Of a stretch of 25,846 nt of DNA, positions 1 through 8,245 are shown in pieces. The number at the start of each line of letters is the position of its first letter. Positions within the stretch are counted from its first letter, which is position 1. The stretch is from a virus. Its lineage: Duplodnaviria > Caudoviricetes. The stretch is taken from positions 1 to 25,846 of the IMG/VR virus record IMGVR_UViG_3300031963_000837; one strand, 5' to 3'. The translations under genes and the position numbers were made by a program. The notes beneath the pieces are model-generated. The model did not search any database, was not told where the DNA came from, and worked only from the letters and a program-made list of their open reading frames with translations.

Positions 1-2
1 AC

Positions 3-203
3 GAGAAGGGCAACGCGGTGCCGGGCCTGGTGATCAGCATCGGCGACCAGGCGATCAATGCCGGGATTGGCGTGAGTGCGGGCGGCTCGCCGCCCTGGCT
101 CGCGGCCTATCGCGATGCCGAGGGGCGCATCATCGACGGTGTGGAAATTCAAGGGGTTAGCGGATCGCGTGCGGAAAGAGCCGATCAGGAAGGCGGATCA
201 TGA
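3..203 (+). CDS. 3' end of a gene cut by the window edge; possibly terminase small subunit
   Basis: Frame is open from position 3 (EKGNAVPGLVISIG...) to TGA at 203. Product is guessed only from its position upstream of terL. Confidence 0.35.
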   Translation, partial: EKGNAVPGLVISIGDQAINAGIGVSAGGSPPWLAAYRDAEGRIIDGVEIQGVSGSRAERADQEGGS

Positions 204-505
204 GCCGGATTTGGAAGCAAGATCAGAGGGTTGCAAAGGCATCAACGGGAGTTGCGCCGACTAGCCGTCGCGCCTCGGCGCGGGGCGGTTCGGCCTCGGA
301 TCGCGGAGCATACCCCCCCCTTCCGCCTCCCCCCCCACCCCCCGGGCGCGCGCGCCCGCGTTTTTGCCTCCCGCCTTGCTGCGATTTTTCGGCCCGCCTC
401 ATGTTGGCCGATGCCCGCGAAAATGAAATTGGCGCGGAAAAACGGGCCGGGGGCTAGCAGGGCGCGGGAAGCCCGGCGCGGCGGCTGGGGGCTGCGGGGA
501 TCCTC

Positions 506-796
506 GTGGCGGCTGCGCTCTCCGGCCTTGCGGGGCAATCCGTCGGCCGCGCTCTCGCGCATGGCTGGTATCCTTACGAGTGCTGCTCGGATCGCGATTG
601 CTACGCCGTGCCGAAAGAGCGCGTGCGCATCGTGCCCGGCGGCTGGATCATCGACGGATTTGCCGTCAGCCATGGCGAGGCCCGCCCCTCGCCCGATGGC
701 CTGTTTCACATCTGCCGCACCCAGGACGGCAAGGGTGATCTCATTCGCCCCTACCAGAAGCCGGCCTGTGCCTGGGCGCCGGTGCAGGGAAGCTGA
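506..796 (+). CDS. Small Cys-rich, probably exported phage protein (HxWYPxxCCxxxDC type)
   Basis: ALA-HGWYPYECCSDRDC...SPDGLFHIC...C pattern with a hydrophobic N-terminus ending in an AxA cleavage-like site. The start codon is uncertain. Confidence 0.65.
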   Translation: MAAALSGLAGQSVGRALAHGWYPYECCSDRDCYAVPKERVRIVPGGWIIDGFAVSHGEARPSPDGLFHICRTQDGKGDLIRPYQKPACAWAPVQGS

Positions 797-799
797 GGC

Positions 800-1009
800 A
801 TGAAGCGCCAAACCGTCTCTTTTGGTGAAGCAGCGGCCGGGCTCGAAATGATCCTCGCGTCGCTCAATGGCCGCCCGGTCAACATGCAGCAAACGCTCGA
901 TCTCGTGGTCGTCGCAATGCAGCACCAAATCGCACTGTTGCGCTTTCTCGAGCGCGAGTTCCCCGATGCCGAGAAAATCCGCGATGCCGTGTTCGAGGTG
1001 CGCAAGTGA
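800..1009 (+). CDS. Hypothetical protein, 69 aa
   Basis: GAGG before ATG; stop overlaps the terL GTG start (GTGA), indicating translational coupling. Confidence 0.7.
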   Translation: MKRQTVSFGEAAAGLEMILASLNGRPVNMQQTLDLVVVAMQHQIALLRFLEREFPDAEKIRDAVFEVRK

Positions 1010-2556
1010 TCTCCTTCGGCTCCCTCGATGATCGGCTGAAAGGCTACACGGAAGGCGCGGCTTTGCTGCAATCGGCCGGGCCGGTTTCCGATCGCTTCAT
1101 CCAGTCGCTCGGCGCGCGCGATCTCCTCAACGGGCCGGTTGGCTCGGGGAAAACCACGGCCTGCATCAAGCGGGCCCTGCTCGCGGCCGTGCGCACCCCG
1201 CCGATGATCGGCGAGCGCGATCCGCAGGGCCGGCCCGTGCGGCGCTATCGCTTGAGCCTGTGGCGCGAGACCTATGCGCAGCTCTGGGGCACCACCATCA
1301 AGAGCTGGCAGAAGGTGCTCAACCCCGACAAGGGCATCGGCGAATGGCAGGGCGCTTCCCCGCGCGCGGCCGTGCATCGCATCACCTTCGAGGATGGCTT
1401 CGGCCCGATCCTTTTCGAGGCGATGTTCTTCGCCTTCGGGGATGATGCCGATCCCGATGATCTCGGCGGCACCGAATACACCGATGCCTATTGCAACGAG
1501 CAGGACAAGCTCCGCGAGGCGCTCTACATCAACCTCGCGCGCTCGGTCGGCCGCTACCCGAACCGGGGAGAGATCGGCCTGCCGGATGACGAGCGCATCG
1601 TGCATGGCCGCATCTTTGGCGATTGCAACGCGCCCGCGCCGGATACGTGGGTTTATCGCGACTGGTGGAGCCCCAAGAAACCGCCGGGCTACCAGCTTTT
1701 CCGCCAGCCCGGCGGCTTTCATGCCGAGGCCGAAAACCTGAAAGCCGTGGGGCGCGGCTATTACAAGCAGCAGCGCGAGGCCAATGCGCACCGCCCGTGG
1801 TGGATCCGCGTCAAGCTCGACAACGAGCCCGGCTTCAACCAGGAGGCCGCAATTGTCTATCCCGATTACGTGGACAGCGAAATGTCGAGCGAAGAGCCGC
1901 TTCGCGTCTTCCCCGAAATCCCGGTCATCATCGGTGCGGATGGCGGCGCGACGCCGGCGGCCGGCCTCCTGCAGGGCATGCCCAACGGGCAGATCCGCAC
2001 GCTGGCGGAAGTCGCGCTCGATCGCGGCGACGAGATCACGCTCGGCACGCATCTGCTCGCCATCATGGCGCAGCCGCGCTTCAAGGGTTGCGAATTCTAC
2101 CTCACGGGGGATGAAGCCACCTTCGCCGGCGATGACCTGCCCAACGGTTCATGGATCGGCCGGCTCGGCAAAATCCTCGGCCTGAAGCCCAACCGCCCCA
2201 GCCTCGGCAACCACGACACCGAGGGCCGGCACTTCGCGCTTCGCGATGCGATGAAGCGCCGCGTGGGCAATAACGAGCCCGGCTTCCTGCTCGATGCCAA
2301 TGCCTGCCCCACCATCCGGCGCGGGCTCAACGGCACGTTCAAATATCACGTGACCAAGTTTGGCGAGCGCGGCTCGATCGTGAAGAACCTCGACAGCCAT
2401 GTCTGCGAGGCCGCCGAATATGCCGCCGGCGAGCTCGGCCAGAGCCATGCCCGCAAGCGCCGCAACGATCGCCTCGCCGAACGCGCGCAGAAGCGCGCCG
2501 AGGCTCAGCGCAACCCATCGCCCCGCTACAACCCCATCACCCGCAAGCGAGCTTAG
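1006..2556 (+). CDS. terL: Terminase large subunit
   Basis: Walker A GPVGSGKT, Walker B-like AYCNE, RNase H-like nuclease motif IGADGG, C-terminal SHVCEAAEY; lies upstream of the portal gene. Confidence 0.93.
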   Translation: MISFGSLDDRLKGYTEGAALLQSAGPVSDRFIQSLGARDLLNGPVGSGKTTACIKRALLAAVRTPPMIGERDPQGRPVRRYRLSLWRETYAQLWGTTIKSWQKVLNPDKGIGEWQGASPRAAVHRITFEDGFGPILFEAMFFAFGDDADPDDLGGTEYTDAYCNEQDKLREALYINLARSVGRYPNRGEIGLPDDERIVHGRIFGDCNAPAPDTWVYRDWWSPKKPPGYQLFRQPGGFHAEAENLKAVGRGYYKQQREANAHRPWWIRVKLDNEPGFNQEAAIVYPDYVDSEMSSEEPLRVFPEIPVIIGADGGATPAAGLLQGMPNGQIRTLAEVALDRGDEITLGTHLLAIMAQPRFKGCEFYLTGDEATFAGDDLPNGSWIGRLGKILGLKPNRPSLGNHDTEGRHFALRDAMKRRVGNNEPGFLLDANACPTIRRGLNGTFKYHVTKFGERGSIVKNLDSHVCEAAEYAAGELGQSHARKRRNDRLAERAQKRAEAQRNPSPRYNPITRKRA

Positions 2557-2565
2557 GAGGCTCCC

Positions 2566-2817
2566 ATGTCCATCTTCAAACGTTGGTTCGGCACATCGGG
2601 CAAGGAAAAACAGGCGGCGGAAATCGCCCGCCGCGAAGCGGAGCGCGCCCGGCGCATCCAGGAAGCGGCGCTGACCAACCCGGCCGACAGCGAAACCTCG
2701 CGCTCGGCCGCCGAGCGTCGGCTTCGTCGCATCGGTGCCATGCGCGGCGTCAGTGGCGCGCGCACCGGCACGGGCGGCACCGCCGCCACCCAGCAGAAGA
2801 CGCTGCTCGGCGCCTGA
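2566..2817 (+). CDS. Small virion-associated protein preceding portal
   Basis: AGGAGG RBS; basic 83-aa protein ending KTLLGA, typical of the small pre-portal gene in this phage type. Confidence 0.8.
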   Translation: MSIFKRWFGTSGKEKQAAEIARREAERARRIQEAALTNPADSETSRSAAERRLRRIGAMRGVSGARTGTGGTAATQQKTLLGA

Positions 2818-2846
2818 TCGACACACCCAACCGAAGGAGGCGGAGC

Positions 2847-4439
2847 ATGGACCGCGCATGGCTGATTGATCGCCACAACGAGCTGAAAACGCTCCGCCAG
2901 CCCGAGGAGCGCCTCTGGAAGCAGATCGCCGAGCTTCTTCGCCCGGATGATCAGGATTTCCAGGGCAAGACCTCGAACAATTCGGCGATGGACGAAATCC
3001 TGGACAGCACGCCCCTCTACGCGCTCGAGGATTTCACGGGCGGCATGTTCGGCCAGCTCACCAACCCTGCCAACGATTGGTTCGGGCTCGGCATCGCCGA
3101 CGAGGAGCTGATGCTCTACCAGCCGGTGAAACAATGGTTCTGGACCGTCAAACAGCGCATCCGCGCCACGCTGGGCCCGACCATGTCAACCTTCTATACC
3201 GAGGTTCCAAGCTGGTTTGCCGATACCGGTGCGTTCGGCATCGGCACGCTCTATTCGGAAGAAGAGATCGGCCGCGGCAGCTTCCTTGATCGCACCATTC
3301 CCTTGCGCGAACTCTATATCGACACGGACGCGGCCGGGCGCATCAGCGCGGTCCATCGGGAATTCACCTTGCGCGGCCGCCAGGTGCTGCAGCAATTCCC
3401 GGGCACGACGAATGTCAAGGAAGATCGCGAATACACGATCATTCATGCCGTGATGGAAAACCCGGATGCGAAGCCAGGCCGCATCGGTCCGGCCGGCATG
3501 GCCTGGGCCTCGGCCTATGTCTCGCCCGATCTCGTCGAGCTCGAGCGGCGCAGCGGCTACAACGAAAACCCCTATCACAGCATCGCCTGGTCGCGCCGCT
3601 CCGGCCGCGTCTATCCGCGCGGGCCGGGCCATATCGCCCGGCCGGACATGCGCACCCTGCAGGAGATGGAAAAGAACGATCTCATCGCCGATCAGTTCAT
3701 GGCCGATCCCATGAAACTGGTGCATGGCGAGGCCGATTTCACTCCGGCCGACATGGTCCCCGGCGCCCTGCTCATGGGCGGCATGAGCGACCAGGGCAAG
3801 CGTCTGGTGGAAGCCTTCACGCCCAACGGGCAAATGCGGGATCGCGGCCAGCACAAGCAGGAAAAGCGCGCGGCCATCAAGGAGGCGTTCTATTTCTCGG
3901 TCATGCAACTCATCAACCGGCCGCAGATGACGGCCACCGAGTTCACCGGTTTTCAGGAGGAAACACTCCGCCGCCTCGCCCCGAACCTCGAGCGCATCCA
4001 GCAGGGCGGGCTCACCCCCTTCATCCTGCGGCGCTTCCGCATCCTGCAGCGGGCCGGCGCCCTGCCGCCGCCCCCGCCGGAACTCGACGGGCAAATGCTC
4101 GACGTCGCCTATCTCTCGCCGCTGGCCAAGGTGCAGCAGATGCAGCAGGCGCGCGCGGCCGATCAGCTTTTCGGACGCGTCATGCAGGCCGCCCAGGTCG
4201 ATCCGGAAGTGGTCGATACCTTCGATATCGACCAGTATATCGCCGTGACCCATCAGGCGAGCGTCGCGCCGCCCTCGCTCCTGCGCTCGCCCGAAGCCAT
4301 CGCCCAGCGCCGGCAGCTCCGCGCCCAGGCACAGGCGCAGCAGACCGCGCTCGACCAGGCGAAACAGCAGGTGGAAATCGCCGCCACCGGCGCCCATGCC
4401 GCGCAGGCCCAGACATTGGCCAAGGGGCGCCCGGCATGA
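2847..4439 (+). CDS. Portal / head-to-tail connector protein (T7 gp8 / Bbp21-like)
   Basis: GAAGGAGG RBS before ATG 2847, so the true start is downstream of the ORF-track start; 530 aa; motifs YPRGPG, QMTATE, YLSPLAK typical of head-tail connectors. Confidence 0.93.
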   Translation: MDRAWLIDRHNELKTLRQPEERLWKQIAELLRPDDQDFQGKTSNNSAMDEILDSTPLYALEDFTGGMFGQLTNPANDWFGLGIADEELMLYQPVKQWFWTVKQRIRATLGPTMSTFYTEVPSWFADTGAFGIGTLYSEEEIGRGSFLDRTIPLRELYIDTDAAGRISAVHREFTLRGRQVLQQFPGTTNVKEDREYTIIHAVMENPDAKPGRIGPAGMAWASAYVSPDLVELERRSGYNENPYHSIAWSRRSGRVYPRGPGHIARPDMRTLQEMEKNDLIADQFMADPMKLVHGEADFTPADMVPGALLMGGMSDQGKRLVEAFTPNGQMRDRGQHKQEKRAAIKEAFYFSVMQLINRPQMTATEFTGFQEETLRRLAPNLERIQQGGLTPFILRRFRILQRAGALPPPPPELDGQMLDVAYLSPLAKVQQMQQARAADQLFGRVMQAAQVDPEVVDTFDIDQYIAVTHQASVAPPSLLRSPEAIAQRRQLRAQAQAQQTALDQAKQQVEIAATGAHAAQAQTLAKGRPA

Positions 4440-4741
4440 GCGGCCTGCCCTATTACACCCAATGGTTCGTCGCCCTGTTTCGCAGCCGCCGCACGCATGA
4501 GCTCGCGGCCCAGTATCGCTGCATTGGCGAGAACAAGCTGCTTCTCGCCGACATCATGAGCCGCGCCGGCGTCTTCGATGTCGCGCCGCGGCCGGGCAAT
4601 CCGCAGCAGCTCGCCTTTCAGGAGGGCCGGCGCAGCCTCGCGCTCGAGATCCTGCACCTCGCCCGGGCCGAGCCGCTCGAAATCGAGGCCTTCCTCAAAA
4701 ACGCCATCCGCTCCCAGCCCCGAAAGGACCCCTCGCCATGA
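4436..4741 (+). CDS. Bbp19-like small protein
   Basis: AFQEGRRSLALEI motif; located between portal and scaffold; ATGA overlaps at both ends. Confidence 0.8.
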   Translation: MSGLPYYTQWFVALFRSRRTHELAAQYRCIGENKLLLADIMSRAGVFDVAPRPGNPQQLAFQEGRRSLALEILHLARAEPLEIEAFLKNAIRSQPRKDPSP

Positions 4742-5616
4742 CGCAAGAACACCCCAATCCGAACCCCGATGCCGGTGCCGCCGGCGGCACTGGTGGCGCT
4801 GGTGCCGGCGCGGCCGGAACCCAGACGCAAGGCAGCGATGCGCCGTGGTTTTCCAAGGCCGAACTCGGCCTGAGCCAGGATACGCGGGATTACCTCGCAA
4901 CCAAGAACTATGGCGGCCTCGAGGATGCCTTCAAGGCAAAGCGAACGTTCGAGACGCTCGCCCGCGACCGCAATGCCCTGACCGCCCCGGATCCGGCCAA
5001 GCTCACCGAATGGGATGGCTGGACCCGCCTCGGCTGGGAAGCCGATGCCGGCAAGTATGGCGAAAGCGTGCCGGTCTACGAGAAGTTCAAGGGCGATCCG
5101 GATTACGAGCCGTTTCACGCGGATCTCGTGAAGGCCGCGCACGAGCTCAAGGTGCCGCTCTCCCAGGCCAAGGCGCTCGCCGACAAGGTCGGCGGCCTGT
5201 TCCAGGCCCGCAACGAGGCGCTCGACGCGGCTACCGCGCGCGAGCGGGAAACCCTCGACGCCCAGCTCCGCACCCAGTGGGGCAAGGATTACGACGCCAA
5301 TGTCGAGCTCGGCCGCCGCGCCGCAAAGGCCTTCGGGCTCGACAGCCCCGATATGGGCGAGCTCGAGGCCATCATGGGCACGCCGAAATTCGTGCAGGCC
5401 TTTCACAAGCTCGGCAAGGCCATGGGCGAAGACAGGCTCGTCACCACGACGAACCCGGGCGGCGACCCCCGCTCGCCGGAAGCCGCGCGCGCCGAGCGCC
5501 AGCGCCTGAAAGCCGACAGGGATTTCGTCGCTTCCCTCGATGACAACCGCCACCCCCACCACAAGGCCAACAAGGAGCGCTGGCAGAAGCTTATCGACAT
5601 CGAGGCCGGCGGCTGA
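4738..5616 (+). CDS. Capsid scaffolding/assembly protein
   Basis: Gly/Ala-rich N-terminus, helical body with LRTQWGKDYD and LGKAMGED motifs; located between portal and capsid. Confidence 0.82.
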   Translation: MTQEHPNPNPDAGAAGGTGGAGAGAAGTQTQGSDAPWFSKAELGLSQDTRDYLATKNYGGLEDAFKAKRTFETLARDRNALTAPDPAKLTEWDGWTRLGWEADAGKYGESVPVYEKFKGDPDYEPFHADLVKAAHELKVPLSQAKALADKVGGLFQARNEALDAATARERETLDAQLRTQWGKDYDANVELGRRAAKAFGLDSPDMGELEAIMGTPKFVQAFHKLGKAMGEDRLVTTTNPGGDPRSPEAARAERQRLKADRDFVASLDDNRHPHHKANKERWQKLIDIEAGG

Positions 5617-5647
5617 TCTATCCACCCCGCGCCAATCGAAAGGAAAG

Positions 5648-5896
5648 ATGATGGCCAAGACCAAAGAAACGCCCAATGACGAAGCCCAACGCCTCGCGGC
5701 CGAGCAGGCCGCAACCGCTCAGCAGCTTGACCCTGCCAATATTGGCCCGGAGCCGGACGCTCAGCCGGAGCCGGTTGCCAATCCGTTGCCGATCGACAAT
5801 CGCAGCCCAGCCGAGATCCTTGCCGATCCCGGCCGCGCGCTGACCTATGGGGAAATCCTCGATCTCGAGGCGCGGGTGAGGAACGCCGCAGCTTGA
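5648..5896 (+). CDS. Hypothetical acidic/Pro-rich protein, 82 aa
   Basis: AAAGGAAAG RBS before ATG 5648; fills the gap after the scaffold gene. Confidence 0.7.
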   Translation: MMAKTKETPNDEAQRLAAEQAATAQQLDPANIGPEPDAQPEPVANPLPIDNRSPAEILADPGRALTYGEILDLEARVRNAAA

Positions 5897-5898
5897 CA
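5893..5898 (+). promoter_or_regulatory. Possible sigma70 -35 hexamer upstream of capsid leader
   Basis: Perfect TTGACA, but no convincing -10 element at the expected spacing. Confidence 0.25.
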
Positions 5899-5932
5899 AT
5901 CCGGGGCAAATCAGCCAGCCCTTGAAGCCTCG

Positions 5933-6110
5933 GGAGGAGGCGCGCATCGTCCCTTGATGAGCGCGCCTCTTCTGTCCGCTACCCGGCGCTCCCGACCGGG
6001 CCCGACTAGGATGCCGCCGAATACGGCCGCCGACTGCAGGCGTTAAACGATAGGCGGGCCCGCCATTCTGCACGGTTCGATCCCGTGCGTCTGAGCCGCT
6101 ACCCGGCCGA
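5933..6110 (+). ncRNA. Candidate structured cis-regulatory RNA in capsid-gene leader
   Basis: Long hairpin at about 5933-5973, 12-nt direct repeat CCGCTACCCGGC (5976-5987, 6096-6107) with GGGCCCG partners, and a T-loop-like hairpin at 6070-6088. Confidence 0.55.
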
Positions 6111-6152
6111 AACTGAACCAATCCCGTTCACTTTCGATGCCGGAGACATCCC

Positions 6153-7070
6153 ATGGCTTTCGAGGCAGTTACGGCGGGCCATCGGCTCGCCTACAAGGAA
6201 AACGTCCAGCTCGCGGTGCAGCAGAAGCGCTCGCGGTTCGAGAACCACTTCACCTATCAGGGCAATCTCACGGGCCGCCAGATGCGCATGCTCGAGCTGA
6301 TCGGCACCACCGAAGCGCGCGTCGATGCCGAGCGCGGCGGCGACACGCCGCATATCGAAGCCCGCATCGAGGATGTCTGGCTGCGCCCGCGCCGGCTCGA
6401 CTGGGGCCGCCTGATCGAGAAGGAAGACACGATCAAGGCCGCGATCGACTATTCCTCGGTTTCCGTCCAGGACGGCGCCGCGGCGATCGCGCGCGGTCGC
6501 GATCGCATCATGGCCGCCGCCTTCTTCGGCCCGCGCATCGTGGGCCAGGATGGCAGCCAGGCGCCGGAAGCCTTCAACAACCCGAACGGCAACGTGCCCG
6601 TCAACTATGTCAAGACGGGCTCCGCCACCAACTCGGGTCTCACCATTCCGAAGCTGATCCGCGGCCTCTCGATCCTGTCCGCCGGCGAAGTCGATCTCGA
6701 GATGGACCAGGCGTGCTGCGCGGTGAGCAACATCCAGATGGAAGACCTCTACAACAGCCTGCAATTCACCTCGAAGGATTTCCGCGATAAGGCGGTGTTC
6801 GACGACAAGGAGCGCACGGTGCTTTCCTTCATGGGCATCACGTTCGTGCGCTGGCAGGGCCTGCCGACGGTGACCGGCCAGCCGACCCAGCGCCGCATTC
6901 CGCTCTGGACCAAGAGCGGCATGCATTACGGGCCGTTCTCGGATCTCGAGACCCAGATCGAGCGTAACGCGAACAAGAACTATCGCCTGCACCCCTACAT
7001 GGAAATCTGGTGCGGCGCGACGCGCTCGGAAGACGCCAAGGTCGTCGAGATCATCTGCTCCGAAGCCTGA
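6153..7070 (+). CDS. Major capsid protein (Bbp17-like, HK97 fold inferred)
   Basis: GGAG RBS; 305 aa; N-terminal YKENVQLAVQQKRSR and C-terminal GATRSEDAKVVEI typical of this capsid family; synteny. Confidence 0.9.
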   Translation: MAFEAVTAGHRLAYKENVQLAVQQKRSRFENHFTYQGNLTGRQMRMLELIGTTEARVDAERGGDTPHIEARIEDVWLRPRRLDWGRLIEKEDTIKAAIDYSSVSVQDGAAAIARGRDRIMAAAFFGPRIVGQDGSQAPEAFNNPNGNVPVNYVKTGSATNSGLTIPKLIRGLSILSAGEVDLEMDQACCAVSNIQMEDLYNSLQFTSKDFRDKAVFDDKERTVLSFMGITFVRWQGLPTVTGQPTQRRIPLWTKSGMHYGPFSDLETQIERNANKNYRLHPYMEIWCGATRSEDAKVVEIICSEA

Positions 7071-7088
7071 TCGGGCTTTCCGCCTGCC

Positions 7089-7120
7089 GCACCGGGCTTG
7101 CGCCCGGTGCCTTCCCTCTT
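7089..7120 (+). terminator. Hairpin after capsid gene (weak terminator or mRNA stabiliser)
   Basis: GCACCGGGC-TTGC-GCCCGGTGC 9-bp stem followed by a pyrimidine tract without a true U-run. Confidence 0.5.
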
Positions 7121-7142
7121 CCTCATCCTTCAGGAGGCTTTC

Positions 7143-7619
7143 ATGCCCGATATGTTCGGCCAGGGTTATCCGAACCCCAATACGGCCATCCTTGTTCCGC
7201 GTGCCATCTTCCGCAACCAGTCGTCGCGCTCGACGGTCGGCCTCTTTCAGCTGTCCAACGCGAACGTCATCGGCGACACGCTCTTCATCTCGAAAGTGCC
7301 GTCGAATGCGATCATCAAGCCGTCCTCCACCATCGTCCACGATGCGCTCGGCGCCTCGGTCACGCTCAATGTCGGCTTCAACGAGACGCCGGCCGGCGCC
7401 CGCACCGCGCTCGGCTCGGCTCTGGCCGTCGCCACCGCCGGCACCAAGGCCGGCATGGCCGCGGTCGTCACCGCGAACCTTCTGAACCGTGCGTGGCAGC
7501 TCGCCGGCCTCGCGGCCGATCCCGGCCGCGAGATCGATCTCGTCGCCACGATTGCCGGCGCGACCGTCGCCGGCACGCCCCGCATCTACTTCTCGTTCGA
7601 TTTCGTGGACGAGCGCTGA
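7143..7619 (+). CDS. Capsid cement/decoration protein (Bbp16-like position)
   Basis: CAGGAGG RBS before ATG 7143; 158 aa with beta-rich composition; directly follows the capsid gene. Confidence 0.72.
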   Translation: MPDMFGQGYPNPNTAILVPRAIFRNQSSRSTVGLFQLSNANVIGDTLFISKVPSNAIIKPSSTIVHDALGASVTLNVGFNETPAGARTALGSALAVATAGTKAGMAAVVTANLLNRAWQLAGLAADPGREIDLVATIAGATVAGTPRIYFSFDFVDER

Positions 7620-7621
7620 CC

Positions 7622-8245
7622 ATGACGCTGACCCGCGCGGCATCCGAGCTCGAAGCGGCGAACGGCGCCCTCGCCCATATCGGCGAGGGCCGCATCTCGT
7701 CGCTCGACGAGACCAGGCGCACGGCCGCGCGGGTCATCAAGACGCATTTCGGCAGCGTGCGCGACACGCTGCTGCGCCGGCATGACTGGAACTTCGCCAG
7801 GCGCTGGGCCACCCTCGCGCAGGATCCGGCCGCCCCGGCCGGCACCTTCGCCTTCATGTATCCGCTGCCGGCGGATTGCATCCGCGTCCGCATCGTCCAA
7901 GGGGCGAGCGAGGACGATTGGTGCGTGGAAAACGGCAGCACCGCCGCAGCGGATGGGGAGACGGGCCTCACGTCGATGCTCTCGACCGGGCTCGTCTCCC
8001 CGCGCATCGGCTACACGGCCATCATCGGCAATCCCGCGCTCTGGGATGCAACCTTCCTCGAGGCGTTCGAATTCGCGCTCGCGGCCAAGATCGCCCCGCA
8101 GCTCGGCCGCGACGATGCCCTCGCCGACAGCATGCGCGCCAATGCCGAGGCCGTCATCATGCGCGCGCGCAAGGCCGATGCGCGCGAACAGGCGCCAAGC
8201 CGCGTCCCGCGCGAGGTGAGCTATATCGGCATCCGGAGAGCCTGA
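7622..8245 (+). CDS. Tail tubular protein A / adaptor (T7 gp11-like)
   Basis: ATG 7622; motifs ANGALAHIG, HDWNFA, YPLPADCIR, LAAKIAPQL; 207 aa. Confidence 0.88.
   Translation: MTLTRAASELEAANGALAHIGEGRISSLDETRRTAARVIKTHFGSVRDTLLRRHDWNFARRWATLAQDPAAPAGTFAFMYPLPADCIRVRIVQGASEDDWCVENGSTAAADGETGLTSMLSTGLVSPRIGYTAIIGNPALWDATFLEAFEFALAAKIAPQLGRDDALADSMRANAEAVIMRARKADAREQAPSRVPREVSYIGIRRA

Noticed and set aside
200-457. 85-aa ORF with a poly-Pro run
   Set aside because: The Pro run simply reflects the poly-C tracts and the composition is not protein-like, although the ATGA overlap at 200 means it cannot be fully excluded.
6065-6095. tRNA gene suggested by GGTTCGATCCC
   Set aside because: Isolated T-loop hairpin with no cloverleaf or CCA end; treated as part of the leader RNA.
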